The notes below the pieces were generated by a model that made no database searches, had not been told where the DNA came from, and saw only the letters and a program-made list of their open reading frames with translations. The translations under genes were made by a program, and so were the position numbers. A stretch of DNA of 64,000 nucleotides from Escherichia coli. Its GTDB lineage: Bacteria > Pseudomonadota > Gammaproteobacteria > Enterobacterales > Enterobacteriaceae. The DNA lies in assembly GCF_048403405.1 (NCBI RefSeq), contig NZ_CP183129.1; one strand, given 5' to 3'. Shown piece by piece: positions 13,721 to 23,400 of the stretch; position 1 is the stretch's first letter, and every line of letters begins with the position of its first letter.

Positions 13721-13901
13721 TTGCGTATAGATTGAGCAAATCCCAAATAGCCGTTAAAATTATATGCATTATCACGCCGACAGGTGCATTACACGATGTC
13801 ACGGTAACGCCTGTACGGTAAACTATGCGGGTTTACGGTCAGTACCCACATAAATTGTGTGGTCTGGTCTCAATTTATTGACGAAGAGGATTAAGTATCT
13901 C

Positions 13902-14219
13902 ATGGCTGAATGGAGCGGCGAATATATCAGCCCATACGCTGAGCACGGCAAGAAGAGTGAACAAGTCAAAAAGATTACGGTTTCCATTCCTCTTAAGGTG
14001 TTAAAAATCCTCACCGATGAACGCACGCGTCGTCAGGTGAACAACCTGCGTCACGCTACCAACAGCGAGCTGCTGTGCGAAGCGTTTCTGCATGCATTTA
14101 CCGGGCAACCTTTGCCGGATGATGCCGATCTGCGTAAAGAGCGCAGCGACGAAATCCCGGAAGCGGCAAAAGAGATCATGCGTGAGATGGGGATTAACCC
14201 GGAGACGTGGGAATACTAA
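13902..14219 (+). CDS. metJ: methionine repressor MetJ
   Basis: ORF 13857..14219 trimmed to ATG 13902 ([18 protein letters not shown]); 105 aa. Confidence 0.95.
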
Positions 14220-14228
14220 AGCGGAAAA

Positions 14229-14259
14229 GAGCGGCGCGGAGTTAACCAGCCGCTTTTTT
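14229..14259 (+). terminator. rho-independent terminator after metJ
   Basis: gcggcgcgg...ccgc stem followed by TTTTTT. Confidence 0.55.
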
Positions 14260-14278
14260 CATACATGGACGTTTAACG

Positions 14279-14887
14279 ATGAAAATCAGGCTACTGATCC
14301 TCAGCCTGCTGGTTTCTGTGCCTGCATTTGCCTGGCAACCACAAACCGGCGACATCATCTTTCAGATCTCTCGCTCATCGCAAAGTAAAGCGATCCAACT
14401 GGCGACCCATTCCGATTACAGCCACACCGGTATGCTGGTGATGCGTAACAAAAAGCCCTACGTTTTTGAAGCGGTCGGCCCGGTGAAATACACCCCGCTC
14501 AAGCAGTGGATTGCCCATGGTGAAAAGGGCAAATACGTTGTTCGCCGCGTTGAAGGCGGACTGAGTGTTAAACAACAGCAAAAACTGGCGCAAACGGCAA
14601 AACGTTATCTCGGCAAACCGTACGATTTCAGCTTCTCGTGGAGCGACGATCGCCAGTACTGTTCGGAAGTGGTGTGGAAGGTTTACCAGAATGCGCTGGG
14701 AATGCGCGTGGGCGAACAGCAGAAGCTGAAAGAGTTCGACCTGAGCAGCCCACAAGTTCAGGCAAAGCTCAAAGAACGTTACGGCAAGAATATTTCGCTT
14801 GAGGAAACGGTAGTTTCACCACAAGCCGTTTTCGATGCGCCACAACTCACCACGGTCGCCAAAGAGTGGCCGCTGTTTTCGTGGTAA
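14279..14887 (+). CDS. yiiX: YiiX-family putative lipid-binding hydrolase (signal peptide)
   Basis: 202 aa; MKIRLLILSLLVSVPAFAWQPQTGDIIFQ. Confidence 0.8.
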   Translation: MKIRLLILSLLVSVPAFAWQPQTGDIIFQISRSSQSKAIQLATHSDYSHTGMLVMRNKKPYVFEAVGPVKYTPLKQWIAHGEKGKYVVRRVEGGLSVKQQQKLAQTAKRYLGKPYDFSFSWSDDRQYCSEVVWKVYQNALGMRVGEQQKLKEFDLSSPQVQAKLKERYGKNISLEETVVSPQAVFDAPQLTTVAKEWPLFSW

Positions 14888-14890
14888 TGG

Positions 14891-14974
14891 ATGATGAAAA
14901 AAATAATTCCCGCCGTAGTCTGTTTGTTGCTTTGTAGTTGCACGACCTTTCCGCAAGCTGTCGCTCCGGTAAAC
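14891..14974 (+). pseudogene. 5' fragment of a lipoprotein gene (MMKKIIPAVVCLLLCSCTTFPQAVAPVN) truncated by the IS1 left end
   Basis: ATG 3 nt after yiiX stop; lipobox-like LLCSC; frame runs into the IS1 inverted repeat and stops inside it. Confidence 0.3.
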
Positions 14975-15031
14975 GGTGATGCCTCCAATTAGTTGAATTA
15001 AGGATATAATACTCGCTTTTAAGGTTGTTTC

Positions 15032-15304
15032 ATGGTCACAGTTAACCTTCATTGTCCCCGTTGCCAGTCCGTTCAGGTTTACCGTCACGGGCAGAACCCC
15101 AAAAGACATGATCGATTCCGCGGCCGTGACTGTCACCGGGTATTTCAACTCAGTTACTGTTACGAGCCCCGTAAACCGGGAGTTAAAGACCAAATCGCTG
15201 AAATGGCTTTCAACGGTGCCGGGGTTCGCTATACTGCCCGTACGCTGAAAATCGGCATTAATACAGTCATCCGAACTTTAAAAAACTCTCGCCACGAAGA
15301 ATAA
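15032..15304 (+). CDS. insA: IS1 InsA (zinc-finger / HTH transposition inhibitor)
   Basis: 90 aa MVTVNLHCPRCQSVQVYRHGQ... aligns with IS1 InsA by eye. Confidence 0.8.
   Translation: MVTVNLHCPRCQSVQVYRHGQNPKRHDRFRGRDCHRVFQLSYCYEPRKPGVKDQIAEMAFNGAGVRYTARTLKIGINTVIRTLKNSRHEE
15280..15286 (+). promoter_or_regulatory. A6C programmed -1 ribosomal frameshift motif of IS1 (aaaaaac)
   Basis: Motif at the insA 3' end, as in canonical IS1. Confidence 0.6.
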
Positions 15305-15322
15305 CGTCATCCCCGGTCGCTC

Positions 15323-15738
15323 ATGCTGATGTGGCACTCATCTGCGAACGTAGTCAGCAATGGAGCTTTGTCGGCAGTAAAGCGCGACAGCACTGGCTCT
15401 GGTACGTGTACAACACGAAAACTGGTGGTGTTCTGGCCTACACTTTTGGCCCCCGGACTGATGAAACCTGTCGTGAACTGCTGGCGCTGCTTACCCTTTT
15501 ACCATCGGCATGTTGACCACTGACGAATGGGGTAGTTACGCTAGAGAGTTACCAAAGGAGAAGCATCTGACTGGTAAGATTTTTACTCAGCACATTGAGC
15601 GTAACAATCTGACCCTGAGAACCCGAATCAAACGTCTGGCCCGCAGAACCATCTGTTTCTCGCGTTCTGTAGAACTTCATGAAAAAGTCATCGGTGCTTT
15701 TATCGAAAATATATGTTCTACTAATTGGAGTCATCACC
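15323..15738 (+). pseudogene. insB: IS1 insB, interrupted by an additional frameshift near 15480-15510; reading frame also runs past the right IR
   Basis: InsB-like sequence split between two frames (…AYTFGPRTDETCRELLALLTLLPSAC* / …PFTIGMLTTDEWGSYARELPKEKHLTGKIFTQHIERNNLTLR…). Confidence 0.6.
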
Positions 15739-15793
15739 CTTCTGATGAGCTTTCCTTGGATGATTACCAGACTGAATACACAGCCAAAGATTT

Positions 15794-16117
15794 TTACCTC
15801 ATTCTGCTCTTTTTTCTCAAATGACATATATTATATTTTACATCATATTCATAGGTATATGACATTCCCCCGCCCCCCATTATGTCATTGTGGGTTGATG
15901 TTGGGCTTTCATAAAAAAATACATCTTTTTTTGAACTAGCATTAATTATATTTACTTTATATATTAAAATATTTTCTCCATCTGGAAATATTTTAGCCAC
16001 ACAATATAAAGCAGCTAAATCCGAATTACTTAAAAATATATTGTCATCACTCATAACTCCAGCCATTAAATGACTGGAGACTAAAGCAAGGAAATAACAA
16101 CATTGTATTGCCTTCAT
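15794..16117 (-). CDS. putative immunity protein for the orphan Rhs C-terminal toxin
   Basis: 107 aa from ATG 16117 (MKAIQCCYFLALVSSHLMAG...), GGGAG RBS, start 1 nt after the orphan rhs-CT stop; N-terminal hydrophobic segment; AT-rich. Confidence 0.55.
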   Translation of the reverse strand: MKAIQCCYFLALVSSHLMAGVMSDDNIFLSNSDLAALYCVAKIFPDGENILIYKVNIINASSKKDVFFYESPTSTHNDIMGGGGMSYTYEYDVKYNICHLRKKSRMR

Positions 16118-16118
16118 T

Positions 16119-17654
16119 TTAATTACTCCCTTGCCTGATAATTGCAACTCCATTCCCTTTAGCTTTGGGATTATATTTTAGATAGGTGTTATTTGGTGTT
16201 CCCAAGTAACTACTGTATTCTTTTTTTCCCATTCCATTCATATAAGAATTCGTTAAATCTTTGCTTGAAAAATTTAGACTATCATAAACATCATTTTCTT
16301 TTGTTACTTTATTTCCTTTATCGTCAGAGTAAAAACCGTGAGTGTGATAATCACCTACTCTCTCTGAACCTTCAGGGCATTTTATATTTCGCAAGTCTAC
16401 ACTATCATTATCATTTGAACTTATCGGATTCATAGGGAAATATTCACCTTGCTTCTTACATATTAGTCCACCATATTCTTTATTCTTGTTAATTGATTCT
16501 CCATTACACATTGCCAATGCAAATATTCCAATATCATCTATATTTTTTGATTTAAATTCATATAATCCTAATGGATCCATGCCATTCACCGGGCTCAGCG
16601 GATATGTATACAGGTTCCATCCCCCCTTCAGCCCAATCGGATCCTGAGTGATATACCGCCCCTGCAGCGGGTCATAATAGCGGTGGCGGTTGTAATACAG
16701 GCCGGACTCCTCATCATACTGCTGACCCGGCAGGCGGATGAGCTGCTGCAGCTGATGCGGGTTCTCTTCATTCAGCTGGTTACCCCATTCATCGTATTCT
16801 GCGCACCATTCTGTTGCCCCTTCCGTGCTGACAAGCGCCAGCGGCAGGCCGCGATGGTCGCAGTGGTACAGGTGGATTTTTCGCGCCGGCGTGTACACCG
16901 GGTCCATCTGGTTTTGTATCTGCTCCACCGTCAGGCCGCACGATGCCAGCCAGCGGCGGCTTTCCTCGCTCACCCGGTCAGCCAGGATTTCACTTTCCAG
17001 CCGGTCGAGCATCTGCACCAGCACCGGCGGGAACACCACACTGCCACCGTCTTCACCGCCGGACTGCTGAAGCGCATCCGCCAGGCTGCGGCGCTGCGTT
17101 TTCGCCAGCTCACCGGTGGCAGTTTCAACTCTGATGAGTGGCGTGAAGCTCCCCGGCTGATAAACCGTCTGGATGCGGGTTCTGTCGTTCTGTATTGTGG
17201 TCAGCCGGTCGCCGTCCCAGCCGTACCAGGTCACTTCCGGTTTCCATGACAGCGACATCCAGCCCGTCAGGTCCCGTTCACGCCGCCATACCCGTTTTGC
17301 CACCCTGCGGCCCAGCAGGTCGTAAAGATAGCGACTTTCGACCAGCGGCTCTGCATATTGTGTCCGCGTGTAGTGCACCAGCCGGTGCCGGCTGTCGTAA
17401 TGGTACCGGTGAGTCCGCTCATCATCCGTGCGGATAACCCCTTCCGGGATGAGGTCGGTTTTCTCCGTCAGCCTGCCGTGACGGTCATACCGGTAAAGAT
17501 AGTGCGCGTCACGGGCGATACGGTTATCCGGCCATGCGCTGAGGGGGCTGTCCGGGTGCAGCTCCGGGTCGGGCAGGCGGTTGCCTGCCGGGTCCGTGGC
17601 ATACGGGATATCAATGCCCAGGTTACATATAATAATAAGAGCAATTAACTTAAT
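16119..17654 (-). CDS. orphan Rhs C-terminal module: 5'-truncated rhs core ending in the DPLGL motif plus a distinct ~150 aa toxin tip; no start codon of its own
   Basis: Frame is open from 17654 but first ATG/GTG/TTG is at 17378; residues ...[22 protein letters not shown]...[39 protein letters not shown] are near-identical to the main rhs; tip contains YHTHG. Confidence 0.7.
   Translation of the reverse strand: MKLIALIIICNLGIDIPYATDPAGNRLPDPELHPDSPLSAWPDNRIARDAHYLYRYDRHGRLTEKTDLIPEGVIRTDDERTHRYHYDSRHRLVHYTRTQYAEPLVESRYLYDLLGRRVAKRVWRRERDLTGWMSLSWKPEVTWYGWDGDRLTTIQNDRTRIQTVYQPGSFTPLIRVETATGELAKTQRRSLADALQQSGGEDGGSVVFPPVLVQMLDRLESEILADRVSEESRRWLASCGLTVEQIQNQMDPVYTPARKIHLYHCDHRGLPLALVSTEGATEWCAEYDEWGNQLNEENPHQLQQLIRLPGQQYDEESGLYYNRHRYYDPLQGRYITQDPIGLKGGWNLYTYPLSPVNGMDPLGLYEFKSKNIDDIGIFALAMCNGESINKNKEYGGLICKKQGEYFPMNPISSNDNDSVDLRNIKCPEGSERVGDYHTHGFYSDDKGNKVTKENDVYDSLNFSSKDLTNSYMNGMGKKEYSSYLGTPNNTYLKYNPKAKGNGVAIIRQGSN
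16606..17608 (-). repeat. ~1.0 kb direct repeat (orphan copy) of the rhs core 3' region
   Basis: Near-identical to 20946..21938 (only scattered mismatches on visual alignment). Confidence 0.8.
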
Positions 17655-17981
17655 TTATTTGTTTATAATGCGCTTACTTAATACAAACCATTGAATATAC
17701 CCTCCTGACAGAAAATAAAGCCATATTATTATCGCCATAATATACTTACTATCAATCCTTACGCCAATAATGTCTGAAACAGTCCCTATAAATATTAGAG
17801 CAATAAAGAATACTATGCCTGTTGGAAAACAGATTACCATCATTCCATAAGACATGAGACTAATTAACTCGCTCACATCACGAGTGGAGTCTAATAGTGA
17901 AAGTCTATGCATGGAAAAGAATAGTATTAAAAGCGATAAAGCCAGCCATATAGCTCTGAATAAAAAAATAATATATTTCAT
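17655..17981 (-). CDS. small polytopic membrane protein (108 aa), candidate stranded immunity protein
   Basis: MKYIIFLFRAIWLALSLLILFF...; about three hydrophobic helices; AT-rich; stop codon directly abuts the orphan rhs frame. Confidence 0.4.
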   Translation of the reverse strand: MKYIIFLFRAIWLALSLLILFFSMHRLSLLDSTRDVSELISLMSYGMMVICFPTGIVFFIALIFIGTVSDIIGVRIDSKYIMAIIIWLYFLSGGYIQWFVLSKRIINK

Positions 17982-18059
17982 TACATCACTCCGGTGAATA
18001 CAAATCTAATAAAGCGTCCAATGTTATTTCCGGAGCACTTCATCTTACATGTTTCTAAA

Positions 18060-19260
18060 GAATCATTAGACCAGTCAGGGCAAGATTACGAAAGCCCGCT
18101 CCCCGCAAGGACTGACGCGAGATAGTTTCTGTCCATGGCTGCTTTTCGCATCTTACGTCTTAACCCTGCCTTGAATACCTTATCATTCGTCAAAATATTA
18201 ATAGCAATGTGCCGTATCCCTGAAAATAATTCTGCTGCGTTTCCTCTTCTTATTTTGCAGTCGTCTTCATTCATTACCACGTCCAGACGCCAGTGCAGCT
18301 TATTCTCCACGTGCCAGTGGTTTCGGATTGCTGTGGCGAACTTCTCAGCGGTTAAATCAGCAGAGCTGATATAATATCTGACCGTCATTTCTGGCTCTTT
18401 CTTTTGTTCTGCTATTATTGACCGAAAGGAGACTGCCACGTATAATTTTTCAGTCCTTTCCATTCAAATGTAAAATCAATAAGTTCATCAGGGACATCGC
18501 AAACAATATGAAGACGGATTTCTTCTCTGCCGTGACTCTTTTCACTAATTGCGTAACTGTCATGCTCTGGATTAATTAATTCTTTCAGCGGAAATGTTTC
18601 CTCAAAGGCTTTATTCAGCCGCCCCTGGTTTCCTTTTACAGCGAATAAGTAATCACCACCCTGTTTTTGTATCTTCTCTGCAATATCTTTCTGGCAACCC
18701 ATCGCATCAGTTGTGATGATTTTCTCTTTAATATACAAAATGTTAAGAAGTTCAGGGATAGCTGTGATCTCATTAGATTTCTCATCCGTCCTGATCTGCC
18801 CCAGGACCAGAATGTGCATTGTTGAGAACGCACTAATGACATGAATCGCTCCCCTGCGGCGACTCTTGTCATAAGAATGCCGGAGTGTTTTTCCATCAAT
18901 TGCGATGACGTCTTTATCATCTGAAGTATGGCAATCTCGCATCCAGTTAATAAAGCACTCGTGAAATTTTGCAGGACTGATACAGGATACAACTCTGGCG
19001 ATGGTATCGTGAACAGGAATACCATTTTCAAAATCACCGTATTGTTTTAAAAAATCGAGATGTGTTTCCCCAAAATCCTCTATATCTTCCCAACCTTCTG
19101 CACCCGAAATAACGGCACAAATAGTCAACAGTAGAATATCCGATAATTTATGTTCCACTTTCCAGGCTTGTCTGTAATCGGGGATAATAGAAATATGCTC
19201 CATCAATTTTTTAAGTTCCATTTTGTTCTCCTTAATTATGTAAGGAGTATTTGATCATGT
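18060..19260 (-). mobile_element. H-repeat / ISAs1-family element (approximate boundaries)
   Basis: Contains the H-rpt transposase; termini not defined by eye. Confidence 0.5.
18086..19221 (-). pseudogene. H-repeat-associated (ISAs1-family) transposase, split by a frameshift near 18415-18463
   Basis: 268 aa N-terminal piece ([28 protein letters not shown]...) and 125 aa C-terminal piece (…[21 protein letters not shown]…) in different frames. Confidence 0.75.
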
Positions 19261-19324
19261 ATAAGCAATAAAAAACAGCTTTAGGTAATGAGGAATATCT
19301 CAATTTTCAAACATAAAATGCGAA

Positions 19325-19920
19325 TTATTTAGTACAAAAAAGCAGCGTTACGTGATCTTTCCCTGGCATGTCATTAGATGAACCAGTTATACAACCCTCG
19401 GAACAGAATCGAGGTCCTAAAGACGGACCAAAAGCGTTTAAACAACTATGTATTGAAAATCCATTACGATTATAAGTTCCTGTATTAACTGACGGTACTA
19501 ATCGTATGCCGTCAGGTTTTCTATTGCTTGCTCCCGGGTCATTAACATTCCAACTCCATAGGCCTTGAGGTATTGGCCCTCTATTTATAAATGTGTACAA
19601 CGGGGATTATTTTTACATTGCATATTATTACCAGAAGCGACTGGAATACTAAGCACATCATAAAAATTATCATCACCTGGTATATCTGAAACACACGAAA
19701 GCATACCTAAAGTTATGCTGTATAAACAGGTGGCTAATCCCAAGGGGATCGATTCCAGAAATCGGGTTCAACGGATACTGATAAAAATTCCACCTACCTT
19801 CCAGCCCAATCGGAGCCTGAGTGTTATACCGCCCCTGCTGCGGTTAATGTTACCGATAATAGTTATAGTACAGCCCTGATTCATCATCATACTACTGCTG
19901 CGGCAGTCTGATGAATTATT
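19325..19920 (-). pseudogene. degenerate orphan rhs-CT remnant (rhs core 3'-end fragment with stops and intact DPLG codons, then a decayed tip)
   Basis: 19770..19920 is roughly 75% identical to the rhs core end by eye; translation gives [51 protein letters not shown] then a stop; 91-aa ORF 19325..19600 follows. Confidence 0.55.
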
Positions 19921-19924
19921 GCTT

Positions 19925-20392
19925 TTACGGATTCTCCTTATTCTTCCTTCTATCCATTCGCTTTAGCTTTAGCTTTTTGAGATCTTGAAGTTTGCTCTTT
20001 GCATCAATATTACCGTTATTTACAGCGAATTCCATCCAATAAATAGCTTTATTCAAATTATAATGTTCTGATAATATTGGATTTGTATCCGATAAAAAAA
20101 ACCCATAATTAAACTGCGCTGTAACACTCCCCTGAGATGCTGATCTTTCTAAGTATCGCAATTGTTTGTAAATGTTATTTTTAGTAAAGCAGTAATATTG
20201 ATATAGTCGAAATGATGCCTCTGAATCACCATGTTGTGATTTATACTTCAGTTTCATCAACTTTTCTTCACTTAAATCATAGGTCATTGCTGTAGACCCC
20301 ATCATACTTTCGTTTTGTTTTATTTTCACATCAGCACCATGCAATTGAAAAATAAAAGAGAAATAAAAAAATAGTAACAAGCATGCTTTCAT
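19925..20392 (-). CDS. putative Rhs immunity protein, secreted, Sel1-like repeat
   Basis: 155 aa; signal peptide MKACLLLFFYFSFIFQLHGA; Sel1/TPR-like segments (…ASQGSVTAQFNYGFFL…, …AIYWMEFAVNNGNIDA…); starts 12 bp after rhs stop; AT-rich. Confidence 0.6.
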   Translation of the reverse strand: MKACLLLFFYFSFIFQLHGADVKIKQNESMMGSTAMTYDLSEEKLMKLKYKSQHGDSEASFRLYQYYCFTKNNIYKQLRYLERSASQGSVTAQFNYGFFLSDTNPILSEHYNLNKAIYWMEFAVNNGNIDAKSKLQDLKKLKLKRMDRRKNKENP

Positions 20393-20403
20393 ACATCTAC
20401 AAC

Positions 20404-23400
20404 CTATCTTATATCACTGGGTTTTTCTGGCGTACCTTGCATATTAGAAATGGGGTGCCCAGATGGCCCATATGTTATCCAATTACCAAGGTCTTTTGTT
20501 GTTATAGCCATTAGATCCTTATTTGAATTAAGGTTCGTTGGTGCTGTTAGCACTGTATCCATTTTTAACTTACCATTAGTTCCTCGCCCCCACCACGTCC
20601 ATAGCGTGTCAGGTCCTATTACATTTGTATGTAACTCTTTAGCTAATTGGCTAGCAAATGAATTTTGTCCTTTACCTGTATTACAAGAAAATAACCAAAC
20701 TGTCATCCCATCTTTATAATTCCCATCAAATTTAATTAGATATGCTAGATCTTTAGCTGTCATGATACTGCGCGTTGCGGATTCAATAGATGTGGGGGTA
20801 CCATGCCCCCCGATTGTGAAAACGCCTGGGATATTAATCTCATCAGCTACAGAATGGATAAGATCACTTTCGGGGTATAAATTTATATCAACCAAACCTT
20901 GCGGATCTACATTTATGACCGGATCCAACGGATACTGATAAAAATTCCATCCCCCCTTAAGCCCAATCGGATCCTGAGTGATATACCGCCCCTGCAGCGG
21001 GTCATAATAGCGGTGGCGGTTGTAATAGAGGCCGGACTCCTCATCATACTGCTGACCCGGCAGGCGGATGAGCTGCTGCAGCTGGTGCGGGTTCTCTTCA
21101 TTCAGCAGGTTGCCCCATTCATCGTATTCTGCGCACCATTCTGTTGCCCCTTCCGTGCTGACAAGCGCCAGCGGCAGGCCGCGATGGTCGCAGTGGTACA
21201 GGTGGATTTTTCGCGCCGGCGTGTACACCGGGTCCATCTGGTTTTGTATCTGCTCCACCGTCAGGCCGCACGATGCCAGCCAGCGGCGGCTTTCCTCGCT
21301 CACCCGGTCAGTAAGGATTTCACTTTCCAGCCGGTCGAGCATCTGCACCAGCACCGGCGGGAACACCACACTGCCACCGTCTTCGCCGCCGGACTGCTGA
21401 AGGGCATCCGCCAGGCTGCGGCGCTGCGTTTTCGCCAGCTCACCGGTGGCGGTTTCAACTCTGATGAGTGGCGTGAAGCTCCCCGGCTGATAAACCGTCT
21501 GGATGCGGGTTCTGTCGTTCTGTATTGTGGTCAGCCGGTCGCCGTCCCAGCCGTACCAGGTCACTTCCGGTTTCCGTGACAGCGACATCCAGCCCGTCAG
21601 GTCCCGTTCACGCCGCCATACCCGTTTTGCCACCCTGCGGCCCAGCGGGTCGTAAAGATAGCGACTTTCGACCAGCGGCTCTGCATATTGTGTCCGCGTG
21701 TAGTGCACCAGCCGGTGCCGGCTGTCGTAATGATACCGGTGAGTCCGCTCATCATCCGTGCGGATAACCCCTTCCGGGATGAGGTCGGTTTTCTCTGTCA
21801 GCCTGCCGTGACGGTCATACCGGTAAAGATAGTGCGCGTCACGGGCGATACGGTTATCCGGCCACATGCTGAGGGTGCTGTCCGGGTGCAGCTCCGGGTC
21901 GGGCAGGCGGTTACCTGCCGGGTCCGTGGCATACGGGATGCGGATATCCAGATTCGCTGCGGTGGTGTGGACGCCGGTCAGCCTGCCGGTGTCGCTGTAG
22001 CTGTAACTCCGGGTCTGGCGCGGGCTGCTGATGCGGATGAGTTCGCCGTTGTCGTTCCAGGTGTAATCGCGGTCATACTGCAGGCTGTTCAGGTGCTGGC
22101 TCTGTAACTGCCCGGCAGAGGTGTAAGCGGTGGTGAGTTCATAACGGCCGAAGCTGCGCAGCGTTTCCCGGTGCAGGCGGTCGCGGGTGAAATCCACCAG
22201 CGGTGTGTCGCCGAGTTTCATGCCTGACAGCCAGCCGCTGCCGTAGGTCAGCCATTCCACGGCGGGCAGGCTGTCCGGTATACAGCGGTTCGCCAGTCCC
22301 TGCGCGTTGTACGCATGTCTGGTTTCATGCTGCCAGAGCAGTGCTTCCGTCTGCGGGTGATGCACCGTCTGGCGCTCACCGGTCAGGCGGCCTTTCTCAT
22401 CATACCCGTAATGCACCGTCACCCGGTGGCCTTCGCTGAGATGGCTGATGCCTGTCAGCCAGCCGCGTTCGTCGTACCGCCACTGTTCTGCGGTTTCACC
22501 ATTCACCGTTCGCTGTGTGATGCGGTCTGCTTCGTCATAGTGCCAGTGGGTGACCAGCCCCTCATCCTCGCTGCGGATAAGTTTGCCGGTCAGGTCGTGG
22601 TGATAACGCTGTGTGCGGCCGTCAAAGCCGGTTTCCTGTATCAGCCGGTCAAGTACATCGTAACGGAAGGTGGTGTGGCTGCCGTTTTCACTGGTCAGGC
22701 GGATGACCCGCCCGGCAGCATCGTATTCCATACTGCGCGTCAGACCGCCCTGCGTGGTACGGATGGCCTTTCCCCACGCATCGTACTGTGTCCCGTTTCT
22801 GCTGTCGTCCGGGGCAATGACGGCGGTCAGGTCACCGGCGGCGTTGTATTCATACCGCGTTTCATGGCCCTGCATGTCTTTCACCGCAATTAACTGTCCA
22901 CGGCTGTCGTATGCGCGGTACTGGCTCAGGCCTTCCTCGCGGTGCACCGTCGTCACCTGACCAAAACGGTCATGGTCATAGCGGGTTACATAACCGGAAC
23001 AGTCGGTAAAGCTCAGCAACTGACCGTAACGGCTCCACGTCATGGTTTTCCGGCTGCCGGTGGCATCTTCCGTTGCGCAGGGGAAGTCACTGTGTGGATT
23101 ATCATAACGGTAGCGGGTGATATCGCCGTCAGGGGCGGTTTCCTGAATCAGACGGCCGGATTCATCATATTTGCGGCGCAACTCCAGCCCGTCAGTCCCG
23201 GTGGCTGACGTTAACTGGTTGTGGTGGTTATAGTAAAATGCCGATGCCCTGCCATCCGGTGTGGTGATGCGCGTGATGAGTCCCGTCACCACATCCGGGC
23301 TGTACTCAGTCGTCCGGCCTGCGGCATCCGTCTGTGCCTTAAGCCTGCCCACCGCATCAAACTGACTCTGCGCGACGCTGCCGTCCGCGTGTTCCTTTTT

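Larger units (their letters stand above)
14975..15738 (+). mobile_element. IS1-family insertion sequence (divergent IS1 variant), 764 bp
   Basis: Terminal inverted repeats ggtgatgcctccaattag ... ctaattggagtcatcacc; insA about 57 bp from the left end; InsA/InsB homologs inside. Confidence 0.85.

Noticed and set aside
12465-13802. Long N-terminal extensions suggested by the ORF track for metB, priA, glpK, glpX, pfkA, cdh, rhaD, rhaR, frvA, menA, zapB
   Set aside because: Conserved protein N-termini and RBS positions support the shorter internal starts given in the feature list; the extensions simply run to the nearest upstream stop.
19325-19600. Treating the 91-aa ORF as an independent gene
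   Set aside because: It lies directly downstream of the decayed rhs core fragment in the same orientation and is more simply the remnant of that tip; no separate RBS is evident.
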